A stretch of DNA of 64,000 nt from Squalus acanthias. Taxonomy: Eukaryota. A program made the position numbers and the translations under genes. Within the stretch, counting starts at the first letter, position 1. The number at the start of each line of letters is the position of its first letter. Of the stretch, positions 1-12,384 are shown piece after piece. Location of the stretch: the NCBI GenBank assembly GCA_030390025.1, contig CM059432.1, positions 125,614,001 to 125,678,000 on the forward strand. Reading direction: 5' to 3'. Under the pieces are notes generated by a model. It did no database searches, was not told the DNA's origin, and worked only from the letters and a program-made list of their open reading frames with translations.

Positions 1-757
1 TTTGTGGCAGGGACCGAAGACAATGGCTTCAGTCTTCCCAATATTTAGTTGGAGGGAATTTCTGCTCATCCAGTACTGGATGTCGGACAAGCAGCGTGGG
101 AAATTGGATACAGTAGAGGGGTCGGGAGAGGTGGTGGTGAGGTAGAGCTGGGTGTCACCAGCGTACATGTGGAACCTGATGTTGTGTTTTCGGATGATGT
201 CGCCAAGGGGCAGCATGTAGATGAGAAATAGTGGGGGGGGGCAAGGATAGAAACCTGGGAGACTCCAGGGTATGGGTGTGGGAGCAGGAAGTGAAGCCAT
301 TGCAGGTGACTCTCTGGCTACAATTGGATAGCCAAGCCAAAGAAAGAGATATTAACAGGGTGATCAAAAGCTTGGTCAAAGAGGTAGGTTTTAAGGAGGA
401 GGGGTACAGAGGTGGAAGGGCTTAGACAGGGAATTCCAGAGCAAGGCTGCTGAAAACATGGCTGCCAAAGGTGGGGCAAAGGGACCAGATGCACAGACCA
501 GAGTTGAAGGAACAGAGAATTTGGTGAAGTTATAAGGCCAGAGGAAATTACAGAGGGGCCAGGCTATGAAGTTATTTAAACACAAGGATGAGAATTTTAA
601 ACTGGAGGCATTGGAGATTTGGGAGCCAATGTAGATCAGCAGGACAGCTGAGCGGGATTTCGTGAAGGAGAGGATACGGGCAGCAGAGTTTTGGATGAGC
701 TAAAGTTTACAGAGGGTGGAGGATGGGAGGCCCACCAGGAGAGCATTAGAATAGTCA
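1..757 (-). mobile_element. L2-clade LINE fragments (RT and 3' region), degraded
   Basis: Minus strand reads IRFHMYAGDTQLYLTT (degenerate YADD) and LQLNIGKTEAIVFG, similar to the L2 pieces at 22660-23700 and 31290-31610. Confidence 0.7.
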
Positions 758-759
758 AA

Positions 760-862
760 GGCAAAATACTGCGGATGCTGGAAATCTGAAATAAACAGAA
801 AATGCTGGAAATACTCAGCAAGCCAGGCAGGTGGAGAGAAACAGAGTTAACGTTTCAGGTCG
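760..862 (-). mobile_element. Solo Penelope terminal-repeat (pLTR) fragment
   Basis: aaaatactgcggatgctggaaatctgaaataaacagaaaatgctgg...gttaacgtttcaggtc is the reverse complement of the Penelope 3' end at about 58100-58220. Confidence 0.75.
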
Positions 863-1442
863 GTCACCGATTATAATAGTAAAGTTTGGAGCTAACAAAG
901 GCGTCGATGTCAGTCCAAATTTCTTGGAATGATTCAGCTTGTTCAATAGATCGGGAGACTGAGCTTTAGATTCTTTTGTCACAGATCAATATCATCTGCA
1001 AATCTCATTTGTCGTTGGCCATCCATGAATAGCTACACCACCTTTGTAATTGTCAATTGCTTTCTCTATAAGGTATTCAAACAGGTTCAACAGGTTAAAG
1101 TGAAAGCAAGCATTCCTGTCTCTCTGAATCATCTGTTCTGTAATACAAAAGCAAAATGCTGTGAATGCTGGAAATCGGAAATAAAACCAGAAAATGCTGG
1201 AAAGCACTTAGGCAGCATCTGCGGAGAGAGAAACAGTTTCAGGTCGATGGAGGACGTTAGAGATGAACCGTGTTTAAGCAAGTACAGAACCAGGGAAAAG
1301 GTGGGGGTGAATGAACAAAAGGAAAGGTTTGTGATAGGGTGGTGGGCAGGAGTAATTAAATGACAAAAGAGATTATGGTGCAAGGTAAAAGGAGGTGGTA
1401 ATGGGACAAATAATGAAACAAAAGATGGGTCCAGGAGGAACT

Positions 1443-3357
1443 ATACGATAGCAAAATACTGCGGATGCTGGAAATCCGAAATAACAACAGAAAACGCTGG
1501 AAAAACTCAGCAGGCCAGGCAGCATCCGTGGAGAGAGAAAGAGAGTTAACATTTCAGGTCGCTGACCTTTCATCAGAACTGGGAAGAGCCGGAAATCAAA
1601 TAGATTTAAGGCCAGGGTAAAGCTGGGAAAAGGGGGAGGGGATAAAGGAACAAAGGGGGAGATGAAGAGACATTAAGAGACATTAAGAGATATGCAAGGC
1701 TAGAGGTGGTGTTAATGTGACAGATTAAGGCTGAATGAAGTGTGAAATCCACTGGCAGAATGAAGGACAGCTGCCAGCTTCTAGGAGGAAAAAAAAGGTG
1801 GGGGGGACAAATAAAAGGGTGGAAAAAATAAAATATAAATGTGATTGGAGCTGAGGTTATGATCTAAAATTGTTGAACTCGATATTGAGTCCAGAGGGCT
1901 GTAGCGTGCCTAAACGAAAGATGAGGTGCTGTTCCTCGGGCTTACGCTGCGCTTCCGTGGAACAGTGTAATAGGCCGAGGACGGTGAGGTCAGAGTGGGA
2001 GTGAAGCAGTGAATTAAAGTGACAGGCCACCGGGAGCTCAGGGTCCCCCTTACGGACTAAACGGAGGTGTTCCGCAAAGCGGTCACCCAATCTGCGTTTG
2101 GTCTCCCCAATGTAGAGGAGTCCACATCGTGAGCAGCGAATACAGTATACTAAATTGCAGGAAGTACAAGTAAATTGCTGTTTCACCTGGAAGGGGTGTT
2201 TGGGGCCCTGAACAGTAGGAAGAGGGGAGATATAAGGGCATGTGTTGCATCTCCTGCGCGTGCACGGGAAGGTGCCGGGCGAAGGGGAAGGGGTGCTGGG
2301 GGTGGTAGAGGAGTGGACTAGGGTGTCGTGGAGGGAGCGGTCCCTGCGGAATGCTGAAAGGGGAGGTGAGGGGAAGATGTGTTTGGTGGTGGGATCACGC
2401 TGGAGGTGGCGGAAATGGCGGAGGATGATCCACCTCCAGCGTGATCCCACCACCAAACACATCTTCCCCTCACCTCCCCTTTCAGCATTCCGTAGGGACC
2501 GCTCCCTCCGCGACACCCTAGTCCACTCCTCTACCACCCCCAGCACCCCTTCCCCTTCGCCCGGCACCTTCCCGTGCACGCGCAGGAAATGCAACACATG
2601 CCCTTATACCTCCCCTCTTCCCACTGTCCAGGGCCCCAAACACCCCTTCCAGGTGAAACAGCAATTTACTTGTACTTCCTGCAATTTAGTATACTGTATT
2701 CGCTGCTCACGATGTGGACTCCTCTACATTGGGGAGACCAAACGCAGATTGTGTGACCGCTTTGCGGAACACCTCCGTTTAGTCCGTAAGGGGGACCCTG
2801 AGCTCCCGGTGGCCTGTCACTTTAATTCACTGCTTCACTCCCACTCTGACCTCACCGTCCTCGGCCTATTACACTGTTCCACGGAAGCGCAGCGTAAGCT
2901 CGAGGAACAGCACCTCATCTTTCGTTTAGGCACGCTACAGCCCTCTGGACTCAATATCGAGTTCAACAATTTTAGATCATAACCTCAGCTCCAATCACAT
3001 TTATATTTTATTTTTTCCACCCTTTTATTTGTCCCCCCCCACCTTTTTTTTCCTCCTAGAAGCTGGCAGCTGTCCTTCATTCTGCCAGTGGATTTCACAC
3101 TTCATTCAGCCTTAATCTGTCACATTACCACCACTAGCCTTGCATATCTCTTAATGTCTTTTAATGTCTCTTCATCTCCCCCTTTGTTCCTTTATCCCCT
3201 CCCCCTTTTCCCAGCTTTACCCTGGCCTTAAATCTATTTGATTTCCGGCTCTTCCCAGTTCTGATGAAAGGTCATCGACCTGAAACGTTAACTCTCTTTC
3301 TCTCTCCACGGATGCTGCCTGGCCTGCTGAGTTTTTCCAGCGTTTTCTGTTGTTATT
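1443..3357 (-). mobile_element. Young 5'-truncated Penelope-like element with a ~930-bp inverted duplication (hairpin)
   Basis: ORFs 1857-2597(-) and 2242-2982(+) encode near-identical GIY-YIG domains (NLVYCIRCSRCGLLYIGET). TSD gaggaactata at 1435-1445 and 3361-3371. Confidence 0.92.
3257..3293 (+). ncRNA. Minimal type I hammerhead ribozyme motif in Penelope pLTR
   Basis: agtt-CTGATGA-a-aggtc(atc)gacct-GAAA-CG-TT-aact: core boxes, stem II hairpin, loopless palindromic stem III and a 4-bp stem I (agtt/aact). Confidence 0.75.
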
Positions 3358-3733
3358 CCAGAGGAACTATAAATGGTTACAGCAGAATAGCGGAGGGGGG
3401 AGGGAAGCATGGAAATTCTGGAAAAAAGGAAAGGCTCACGTGGCCCGGGAATGTGGCAGAGAAAGATGGGTAGTCCCCAGGGGTGCACACCACCTCACTG
3501 GCCGTGTACCGATATGGGATCTCCACCCTAAGCACCAGCCCACACCTCCTCCACTCCCAGTGGCTCTGGTGCAGCCATCCTCCATTCCGAGCACCTTCTG
3601 TCGAGAAAATGGGAGCGGTGGTTAAGATCCAAATTTTTCAACTCGATGTTAAGGCCGGAAGGCTGTAAAGTGCCTAATAGAAAGATGAGGTGCTGTTCCT
3701 CGAGCTTGCGTTGAGTATCATTGGAACAATGTA

Positions 3734-3980
3734 AGAAAGACTTGCATTTATATAGAGCCTTTCAGGACCTCTCAAAGCGTTTTACAGCCAATGAAGTACT
3801 TTTGGAGTGTAGTCACTGTTGTAAGGTAGGAAAAGTGGCAACCAATTTGCGCACAGCAAGCTCCCACAAACAGCAATGTGATAATGACCAGATAATCTGT
3901 TTTAATGATGTTGATTGAGGGATAAATATTGGCCAGGACACCAGGGATAACTCCCTTGCTCTTCTTCGATATAGTGCTAT
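3734..3980 (-). mobile_element. DeuSINE (SacSINE1/AmnSINE1-like), 3' portion
   Basis: Reverse complement of the 3' half of the SINE at 4488-4930. Confidence 0.75.
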
Positions 3981-4487
3981 GTGATCCAGATTCTAGAACG
4001 ACCCCAGCGGATTGGAAGGTAGCAAATGTAACCCCGCTGTTCAAGAAAGGGGGGAGAGACAAAACTGGGAACTACAGGCCAGTTAGCTTGACATCAGTTG
4101 TCAGGAAAATGCTGGAATCCATTATTAAGGAAATGGTAACAGGGCACTTAGAAAATCATAATATGATCAGGCAGAGTCAACATGGTTTTATGAAAGGGAA
4201 ATCGTGTTTGACAAATTTATTAGAGTTGTTTGAGGATGTAACTAGCAGGGTGATAAAGGGGAACTAGTGGATGTAGTATATTTGGATTTCCAAAAAGGTA
4301 TTTGATAAGGTGCCACATAAAAGGTTGTAACACAAGATAAGGGCTCATGGGGTTGAGTGTAATATATTAGCATGGATGGAGAATTGGTTAACGGACAGAA
4401 AACAGAGAGTAGAGATAAACGGGTCATTTTTAGGTTGGCAGGCTGTAACTAGTGGGGTGTCGCAAGGATCAGTGCTTGGGGCACAGC

Positions 4488-4930
4488 TGTGGCCCAGTAG
4501 GTAGCAATCTCACCTGAGTCAGAAGGTTGTGGGTTCAATTCCCACTCCCAAGTCCCCAATCTAGGCTGACACTCCAGTGCAGTGCTGAGGGAGTGCTGTA
4601 CTTCAGATGCAACGTTAAACTGAGGCCCCGTCTGCCCGTCTGCCCTCTCAGGTGGACGTAAAAGATCCCATGGCACTATTTTGAAGAAGAGCAGGGGAGT
4701 TATCCCCGGTGTCCTGGCCAATATTTATCCCTCAATCAACAGCACCAAAACAGATTATCTGGTCATTGTCACATTGTGGTTTGTGGGAGCTTGCTGTGCA
4801 CAAATTGGCTGCCGCGTTTCCTATATTAAAATAGTGACTACACATCAAAAAAAGTACTTCATTGGCTGTGAAGCGCTTTGGGATGTCCTGAGATTGTGAA
4901 AGGCGTTATATAAATGTATGTCTTTTTTAA
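4488..4930 (+). mobile_element. Full-length tRNA-derived DeuSINE (SacSINE1-like)
   Basis: Pol III A box (tggcccagtagg) and B box (ggttcaattcc), Deu-like core (ggtgtcctggccaatatttatccctc...gggagcttgctgtgcacaaattggctgcc) and an L2-like tail. Confidence 0.8.
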
Positions 4931-5292
4931 AATTTACAATTTATATTGATGACTTAGATGAAGGGACCAAGTGTAATGCATCAAATTTTGCTGACGATTC
5001 AAAGTTAGGTGGGAAAGTAAGCTGAGGAGGACACAAAGAGCCTGCAAAGGGATATAGACAGGTTAAGTGAGTGGGCAATAAGGTGGCAGATGGAGCATAA
5101 TGTGGGGAAATGTGAGGTTATTCACTTTGGTAGGAAGAATAGAAAAACAATATTTTTTTAAATGGTGAGAAACTATTAAATGTTGGTGTTCAGAGAGATT
5201 TAGGTGTCCTCGTACAGGAAACAGAGTTAGCATGCAGGTACAGCAAGCAATTAGGAAGGCAAATGGCATGTTGGCCTTTATTGCAAGGGGGT

Positions 5293-7776
5293 TATAGAAT
5301 CATAGAATGGTTACAGCACGGAAGACGACCATTCTGTCCGTCGAGCCCGTGCCGGCTCTCTGCAAGAGCACTTCAGCTAATCCCACTCCCCTGCCCTTTC
5401 CCCGTAGCCCTGCAAATTTCTTTCCTTCATATTCTTATCCAACTCCCTTTTGAAAGCCGTGATTGAATCTGCCTCCACCACCCTTTCAGGCAGTGCATTC
5501 CAGATCTTAACCACTCGCTGCGTTAAAAAGTTTTTTTTTTTACGTCGCCTTTGGTTCTTTTGCAAATCACCTTAAATCTGTGTCCTCTAGTTCTCCACCC
5601 TTCTGCCAATGGGAACAGTTTCCCTCTATCTATTCTGTCCAGACCCTTCATGATAATCTATCAAATCTCCTCTCAATCTTCTCTGCTCCAAGGAGAACAA
5701 TCCCAGCTTCTCCAGTCTATCAACGTAACTGAAGTCCCTCATTCCTGGAATCATTTTCAAGAAGCTTGACACCATCCAGGACAAAGCAGCCCGCTTGATT
5801 GGCACCCCATCCACCACCTTAAACATTCACTCCCTCCACCACCGGCGTACCGTGACTGCAGTGTGTACCATCTACAAGATGCACTGCAGCAACTCACCAA
5901 GGCTTCTTCAGCAGCACCTCCCAAACCCGTGACCTCTTCCACCTAGAAGGACAAGGGCAGCAGGCACATGGGAACACCACCACCTCCAAGTTCCCCTCCA
6001 AGTCACACACCATCCTGACTTAGAAATATATCGCCGATCCTTCATCGTCGCTGGGTCAAAATCGTGGAACTCCCTCCCTAACAGTATTGTGGGAGTACCT
6101 TCACCACACGGATGGCCTTGCCAGAAACGCCCACATCCCATAAACAAATTTAAAAAAAAATCTTTGCTGCACCCTCTCGAAGGACTTCACATCCTCCTTA
6201 AAGTATGGTGCCCAGAATTGGACACAATACTCCAGTTGGGGCCGAACCAGTGTTTTATACAGGTTCATAATTTCCACACTTTTGTACTCTATACCTTTAT
6301 TCATGAAGCCCAGTTTCCCGTAAGCCTTTTTAACTGCTTTCTCAACCTGCCCTTCCATCTTCAACGATTTGTGCACACATACCCCCAGGTCTCTCTGTTC
6401 GTGCACCCCCTTCAGGATTGTTTATACGTCCTCTCCTCATTCTTTCTACCAAAATGTATCACTTCACACTTTTCTGTGTTAAATTTCATCTGCCACGTGG
6501 CTGCCCATTCCACCAGCCTGTCTATGTCTTCTTGAAGTCCATCACTATCCTCCTCACTGTTCACTATACTTCCAAGTTTTGTGTCAGCTGCAGGTTTTGA
6601 AATTGTGCCCTGTACATCCAAGTCCAAGTCATTAATATATATCAAGAAAAGCAGTGGTCCTAGAACCATCCCCTGGGGAACACCACTGTATACCTTCCTC
6701 CAGTCCGAAAAACAACCATTCACCACTACTCTCTCTTTCCTATCACTTAGCCAATTCTGTATCCATGCTACCACTGTCCCTTTTATTCCATGGGCTTCAA
6801 ATTTGCTGGCGAGCCTATTATGTGGCACTTTGTCGAATGCCTTTTGGAAATCCATGTACACTACGTCAACTGCATTGCCCTCATCAACCCTCTGTTACCT
6901 CATCAAAGAACTCAATCAAGTTTGTTAAACACGATTTGCCTTTAACAAATCCGTGCTGGCTTTCCTTAATTAATCCACACTTGTCCAGCTGACTGTTAAT
7001 TTTGTCCCCGATTACTGTTTCTAAAAGCTTCCCCACTACCAAGGTCAAACTGACTGGCCTATAATTGCTGGGTTTATCTTTACACCCTTTTTTGAACAAT
7101 GGTGTATCATTTGCAATTCTCTAGTCCTCTGGCACCACCACCATATCCAAGGAGGATTGGAATATTATGGCCAGTACCTCTGCGATTTCCTCCCTCAGCA
7201 TCCTAGGATGTATCCCATCCGCTCCTGGTGATTTATCTACTTTCAGTACAGCCAGCCTTTCTAATACCTCCTCTTTAGCAATTTTGATCCTATCAAGTAT
7301 CTCCACTACCTCCTCCTTTATTATGTCTATGGCAGCATCCTCTTCCTTGGTGAAGACAGATGCAAAGTACTCATTTAGTACCTCAGCCTCCATGCATAGA
7401 TCTCCTTTTTGGTCCCTAATCAGCCCCACCCCTCCTCCCCGCCTCTTACTAACCTTTTACTACTTTTATGCCTATAGAAGACTTTTGGATTACCTTTTAT
7501 GTTGGCTGCCATTCTATTCTCATAACCTCTCTTCACCCCCCCTTATTTTCATTTTCACTTCTCCTCTGACCTTTCTATATATAGGCTGATGCTCAGATGT
7601 ATTTGCAACCGGACATCTGTCATAAGCGCTCTTTTTCTGCTTCATCATATTCTCTATCTCTTTCGTCATCCAGGGAGCCTTGACTTTAGTTGCCCTGCCT
7701 TTCCCCCCTCTTGGGAATGTACCTCAACTGTACCTGAACTATTTCCTCTTTAAAGGCAGCCCATTGTTCCATTATA
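5293..7776 (-). mobile_element. CR1 LINE fragment (RT to 3' tail), with an insertion at about 5762-6160
   Basis: ORFs 6412-6861, 6101-6406 and 6884-7099 (DFQKAFDKVPH, SGVPQG, RPQLEYCVQFW). Tail (ttctatga)n at about 5293-5310. Confidence 0.85.
5762..6160 (+). mobile_element. 3' end of a CR1/L2-group LINE
   Basis: LDTIQDKAARLIG...WNSLP C-terminus with an A-rich tail. Near-identical to 55200-55568. Confidence 0.6.
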
Positions 7777-8670
7777 GTTTGGAGTACAAGAGTAAGGAAG
7801 TCTTGCTAGAATTAACAGGGCTTTGGTGAGACCACACCTGGAGTACTGTGCACAGTTTTGGTCTCCTTATCTAAGGAAGGATATACTTGCCTTAGAGGCG
7901 GTGCAACAAAGGTTCACTAGATTGATCCCTGGGATGAGAGGGTTGTCCTATGAGGAGAGATTGAGCCTATACTCTCTGGAGTTTAGAAGAATGAGAGATG
8001 ATCTCATTGAAACATATGATTCCGAGGTGGATTGACAGGGTAGATGCGGAGAGGTTGTTTCCCCTGGCTGGAGAGAGTCTAGAATTAGGGGGCATAGTCT
8101 CAGGATAAGGGGTCGGCCATTTAAGACTGAGATGAGGGGGAATTTCTTCACTCAGAGAGCTGTGAATCTTTGAAATGCTCTACCCCAAAGGGCTGTGGAT
8201 ATTCAGTCGTTGAGTATATTCAACGCTGAGATAGATTTTTGGGTCTAAAAATTCGGGTGTTTAACATCACCCGTTACCGTGAAAAAATGGTGGCTGCTGC
8301 TCTTCCGCCAGCTGGTGGCTGCCATTTTGGGGATGGCCGGCAGTGCTGCCGATAGAAGTGATTGAAATTAACCAGATCGTGACGTCAGTGAATGTGCAAT
8401 GCTCACTTAATGCCCGATCTGTAACATTGGATTTTGCCGCTGCACTTGCCGGCATGCCTTAGCAATGACAGGCAGAGGAAGCGTTCAAAAGCAGGAAGGC
8501 GGCTCCAGCAGCGGTATTTAAAGGGATCAGTTGCACCTGACATGTTTGTTCAGTTTGACTGCCTCGGTGCTACTTTCTGCAACTTCACCAGCTTTATTAA
8601 CTCCTTTGAAATTTCTAAGATAACAGGAAGTGTTGTTGCAAGTGCAGAACGCCTTCATTATTTTTGAAAG

Positions 8671-8783
8671 CCCACTCCCACTCCCACTCCCACTCCCACT
8701 CCCACTCCCACTCCCACTCCCACTCCCACTCCCACTCCCACTCCCACTCCCACTCCCACTCCCACTCCCACTCCCACTCCCAC
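8671..8783. repeat. (CCCACT)n microsatellite, about 19 copies
   Basis: Perfect hexamer array. Confidence 0.97.
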
Positions 8784-8789
8784 ATTTTT

Positions 8790-9878
8790 GGGAGAGGGAG
8801 CGGAGGCAGCAAGGAAGACGGGAACATGCGCGCAGAGGGAGGAGGAGGGCCATGAGGGCTCTCAACAGGAGGCCTTACCCACTTAGGGTCTTCCGACAGC
8901 ACTTCTCCTACCTTCACTTAAGCGAGGAGCAGTGTATTAGGAGGCTACGCTTCACCAAGGAGGTGGTCACAGAACTCTGCCACCTCCTGCAACTAGACCT
9001 GCAGCCTCAGAGCAGGGAGAACACAGCTCTCCCAGTGGCCCTCAATTTCTTCACCAGCGGATACTTCCAGTCTGCAGCAGGAGACATAGCTAACATCTCC
9101 CAGTTCGCTGTCCATTGCTGCATCCGGGATGTCACTGAGGCTCTCTACACCAGGAGAAGGGACTACATTGTCGTCTTCTCTCTGAACAAAGAAGCAGGAC
9201 GAGCGCGCATGTGTCTTTGCCAGGATAGCGGGCTTCCCCATGGTGCAGGGTGCCATCGACTGCACACACACATGGCTTTGCAGGCGCCGCATAACAATCC
9301 TGAGATCGTCCATAACCACAAAGGCTACCACTCACTTAATGTGCAGGTGGTGTGCGACCACGCCCAGCGATTCCTCAATGTCAATGCCCGCTATCCTGGC
9401 AGCAGCCATGATGCCTTCATCCTGCATCAGTCCAGTGTGCCAGCAATCTTCCAGTCACCACAGCAAACTGGAGGGTTAGCTGCTCTCCACCTGGCTCATG
9501 ACTTCCCTCCACAACCCCAACACTCGTGCCCAGCACTCAATAACAGCTATGCTTCCACCAGGAACATTATTGAACAGACCATCGGGCTACTAAAGCAATG
9601 GTTCCGCTGCCTTGACCGCTCAGGAGGAGCCCTCCAGTACTCGGCGGAGCGGGTGTCCCATTTCGTGGTGGTCTGCTGCATGCTTCACAACTTGGCCATC
9701 ATGAGGGCCCAGCCCTTGCCACCAGGGATTGCAGCACCACCTCAGAAGGAGAACAAGAGACAGGAGGAGGAGGAGGAGGAGCAAGAGGATGAGGAGGGAG
9801 GGAGGGAGGAGGCAGGCAGCCAATCGTCCTTCGGGACAGGCTGTCCATGAATGGCTCATCAGACTCCAATTCCAATGA
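8790..9878 (+). pseudogene. Harbinger (HARBI1-like) transposase pseudogene
   Basis: [38 protein letters not shown] and CCMLHNL are present. It has frameshifts, the LLGDKGY motif is deleted near 9475, and no start ATG is seen. Confidence 0.9.
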
Positions 9879-10049
9879 ATGAAACCCCAGATCCCCATTG
9901 CTCACCCCTTCCCCATCATACCATCCCTGTCTCATGGAATATCACAGCGTTCTCCTGAGCACATCGCTGAAATGAGACACACCACAAAAGATTCCAAAAA
10001 AAAAAATTAATAAATTTATCAAAAATAAAGTCACACATATTTACATTAA

Positions 10050-11897
10050 CTAATCAACCTTGTGCAATCCCTTAGTGCCTGTCGTTCGTGTGCCTTTTCC
10101 TGATCTCGTGCTCCTACGAAGTGCTCTGCCAGTGGCTGCAGCATGGCTGGTGGAAGGCTGCTGAGTTTCCATGTGGGAGACTTCAGATGGCCTTGCAGGA
10201 TGACCTCAAGCAGCTGTGGCCCTAGAAGGCCCAGCTGTAGACAGCACCACCTTGGCATGGGCAGCAGCAGTCTGGGCTGGCTGGCTGATAGGCAGCAGCA
10301 AGGGCAATGGCGGAGTGGCAGAGGTGGGAACAGGAATACTATCATCTTGAGAGAGGACAGCAGGGTCCTGCTCCACTGACCCACTGCCACTCCCCCGGGC
10401 CAGCGCCTCAGCATTCCTAGCAATCTGTTGGAGCACAGATTGCTGGCCTGCTGCCATACCCTGCAAGCCCCGGTCGACGGTGGTATACCCAGCCACGATG
10501 GCAGCAGTCTGAGCTGGGGTGGCTTCAAGCAGAGACAGAATGAGAGCAGTCTGAGCTTCCACTGCAGCACGAAGATGTTGGGTGGCTTCCACCTTTGCAG
10601 CAATGGAAGCTGCGACATCGCCCATCACACGCAGCATCATGTCTGGGTCGACACTGTCTGTTTGTGTACCATCATTTCCAGGCTGGAAATCCTGGGCTTC
10701 ATGCTCTGTGCAGAGCCCCGTGCAATGTTGGAGGCAGACTCCTCCACGCTCCTTGATATTGCCGAGGTGCTCTCTGGCACCCTTGCCATTGCAACCATCA
10801 ATTCGGTGTGCTTGCCCATCACCTTTCTTCTGAAGGCCATCTCATGGAGGTCCTCATCTGAGTCGTGTGCAGCAGAACTCATGCGCGAACTCGCCCTCCG
10901 GGGAGCTGGCCCCCGAGCTACCCTTTCCCCCTGGCCTTGCTGCAGCCCACTCGTGCCCGGTGCCTCACCCTGTGCAGATCCCGCTACTATACTAGCCTCT
11001 ATAGTACACGTAGTGCCAGTTTCTGAGCTGGTGTCTGCGAGTGACAGATGCAGTGATGCGGTGTCTTCTTCCTCCTCTTCTCCCCTCTCTCTTCAATGAC
11101 ATCAGGGACAGGCTGCTCGGTTGTTCGTTCATCATCTGAAAGCAGAAAGGCACAAGAGTCGGGTTATGGTGAGGGGAGGGGGGATGCCAGAAATGCATGC
11201 ATACAGAATGAGTAGCTTGAAAGCGAGAAAAGGTTGTGGGCTGAGGGGGAAGTGGGATGTGAGAAGAAGGATTAGGAATGAACATACTGTTGTTGTCCCC
11301 AAGCGGTTGAACCTTGCCGGTTGCCACAGCCTCTACCACATGCCACCCAATTAGCTGGAGAACTGCCTGTCTGCTGCTGCTCCCTCCGATTATGTGTGGC
11401 CTTGGCACACAAGAGAAAGAGAAGTTTGAGTGGGAGTGTGGTGCAAGGTGTTTGGGTGATGTGCCTGTCATAGTTGAATAGTTGTCAGTGTGTGTAACAT
11501 GGGAGATTTGGGTGTGAGTGTTGCAGCAGTGGTAAGGTTGAGAGAGAGTGAAGTGAAGCTATGATTGTGAGATCTGAGTGGTGATAGGTAGTGATTGTTG
11601 GTAGGTGCGTGCTGCGGGTGTGGTGCATTGAGCAGTGTGTGAGGCTTGTGGTGCAGATGGTTGGATATGGCATTTGCTGAAGCCTTCACTCACCTTGACC
11701 CACTGGATGGCCGGCCTTGGCACCGCACTGATATGGGCGGCTATCTCCTGCCACATCCTTCACGAGGTTTGTGGCAAGGGCGTCCTTCCCGTGTGTGGGA
11801 TGAGGACAGTCCGTCTCCTCTCCACAGCCACAACCAGTGCCTCCAGAGCCGCGTCAGAAAATCTCCAGGCTCTCTCCTTTTGAGAATGTTCAACCAT
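10050..11897 (-). pseudogene. Harbinger Myb/SANT-like gene, 3 exons, degraded
   Basis: Exon 1 MVEHSQKERAWRFSDAALEALV has an in-frame stop at 11760 and a GTGAGT donor at 11693. Exon 3 is homologous to 45720-46699. Confidence 0.85.
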
Positions 11898-12384
11898 GGC
11901 TTTGCAGTACCTTTTTCTTCTTGCAGCTGCAGTTCCAAGTGGATTGGCAATGAGGTGCTGTAGCATCAATGCACCTCCCCTTTAAGTACTGAATAAAGCC
12001 TGTGCCACACATAACTGGGAATTAGACTGGACCCAATATTGGTCCACCTGTTGAGCATTAAGCCAATGAGTAGCAGTTTGAGCACTGAAATCAAGACTAT
12101 AATCATGTTAATGAGGACTGAGCACGTATTTTGTGTGCTACCTAGACCATTTTCAGGTGGCGCAGCTTAACATCGTTGGGCCTTACCACTGCCCGTTTCG
12201 TGTCCCTATCCAATTTCGAGGCCTTGCACTCTAGGGGAATCAAGGGATATGGGGATTGGGTGGGAAAGTGGAGTTGAGGTCGAAGATCAGCCATGATCTT
12301 ATTGAATGGTGGAGCAGGCTCGAGGGGCTGTATGGCCTACTCCTGCTCCTAATTCTTCTGCTCTTATGTTTACATCCACCTGAG

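Larger units (their letters stand above)
1146..3733 (-). mobile_element. Older degraded Penelope-like element (3' end plus GIY-YIG C-terminus), interrupted by a younger Penelope at 1443-3357
   Basis: pLTR at about 1146-1250. The minus strand at 3620-3733 reads QRKLEEQHLIFLLGTLQPSGLNIEL, homologous to the C-terminus of ORF 56590-57819. Confidence 0.7.
8242..12223 (+). mobile_element. PIF/Harbinger transposon, copy 1 (degraded)
   Basis: Imperfect TIRs ggtctaaaaattcgg / ggcctcgaaattgga, TTG TSD (8239-8241, 12224-12226). Removing it restores the CR1 host. Contains convergent transposase and Myb genes. Confidence 0.88.
3985..12370 (+). mobile_element. CR1 LINE (RT to 3' UTR) split into pieces 3985-4487, 4931-5292, 7777-8241 and 12224-12370 by later insertions
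   Basis: DWKVANVTPLFKKG, NYRPVSLTS, QHGFMKGKSCLTNL and RPHLEYCAQFWSP are collinear across the insertions. The 3' UTR follows 12250. Confidence 0.85.

Noticed and set aside
1857..2982. Two 246-aa standalone GIY-YIG nuclease genes
   Set aside because: Their N-termini are antisense read-through across the hairpin centre; they are truncated Penelope ends.
4488..4550. tRNA gene
   Set aside because: The A/B boxes belong to a SINE head, with no complete cloverleaf or terminator.
8630..9850. 406-aa ORF as an intact transposase
   Set aside because: It is open only through compensating frameshifts and a microsatellite. GAIDC is out of frame and GDKGY is deleted.
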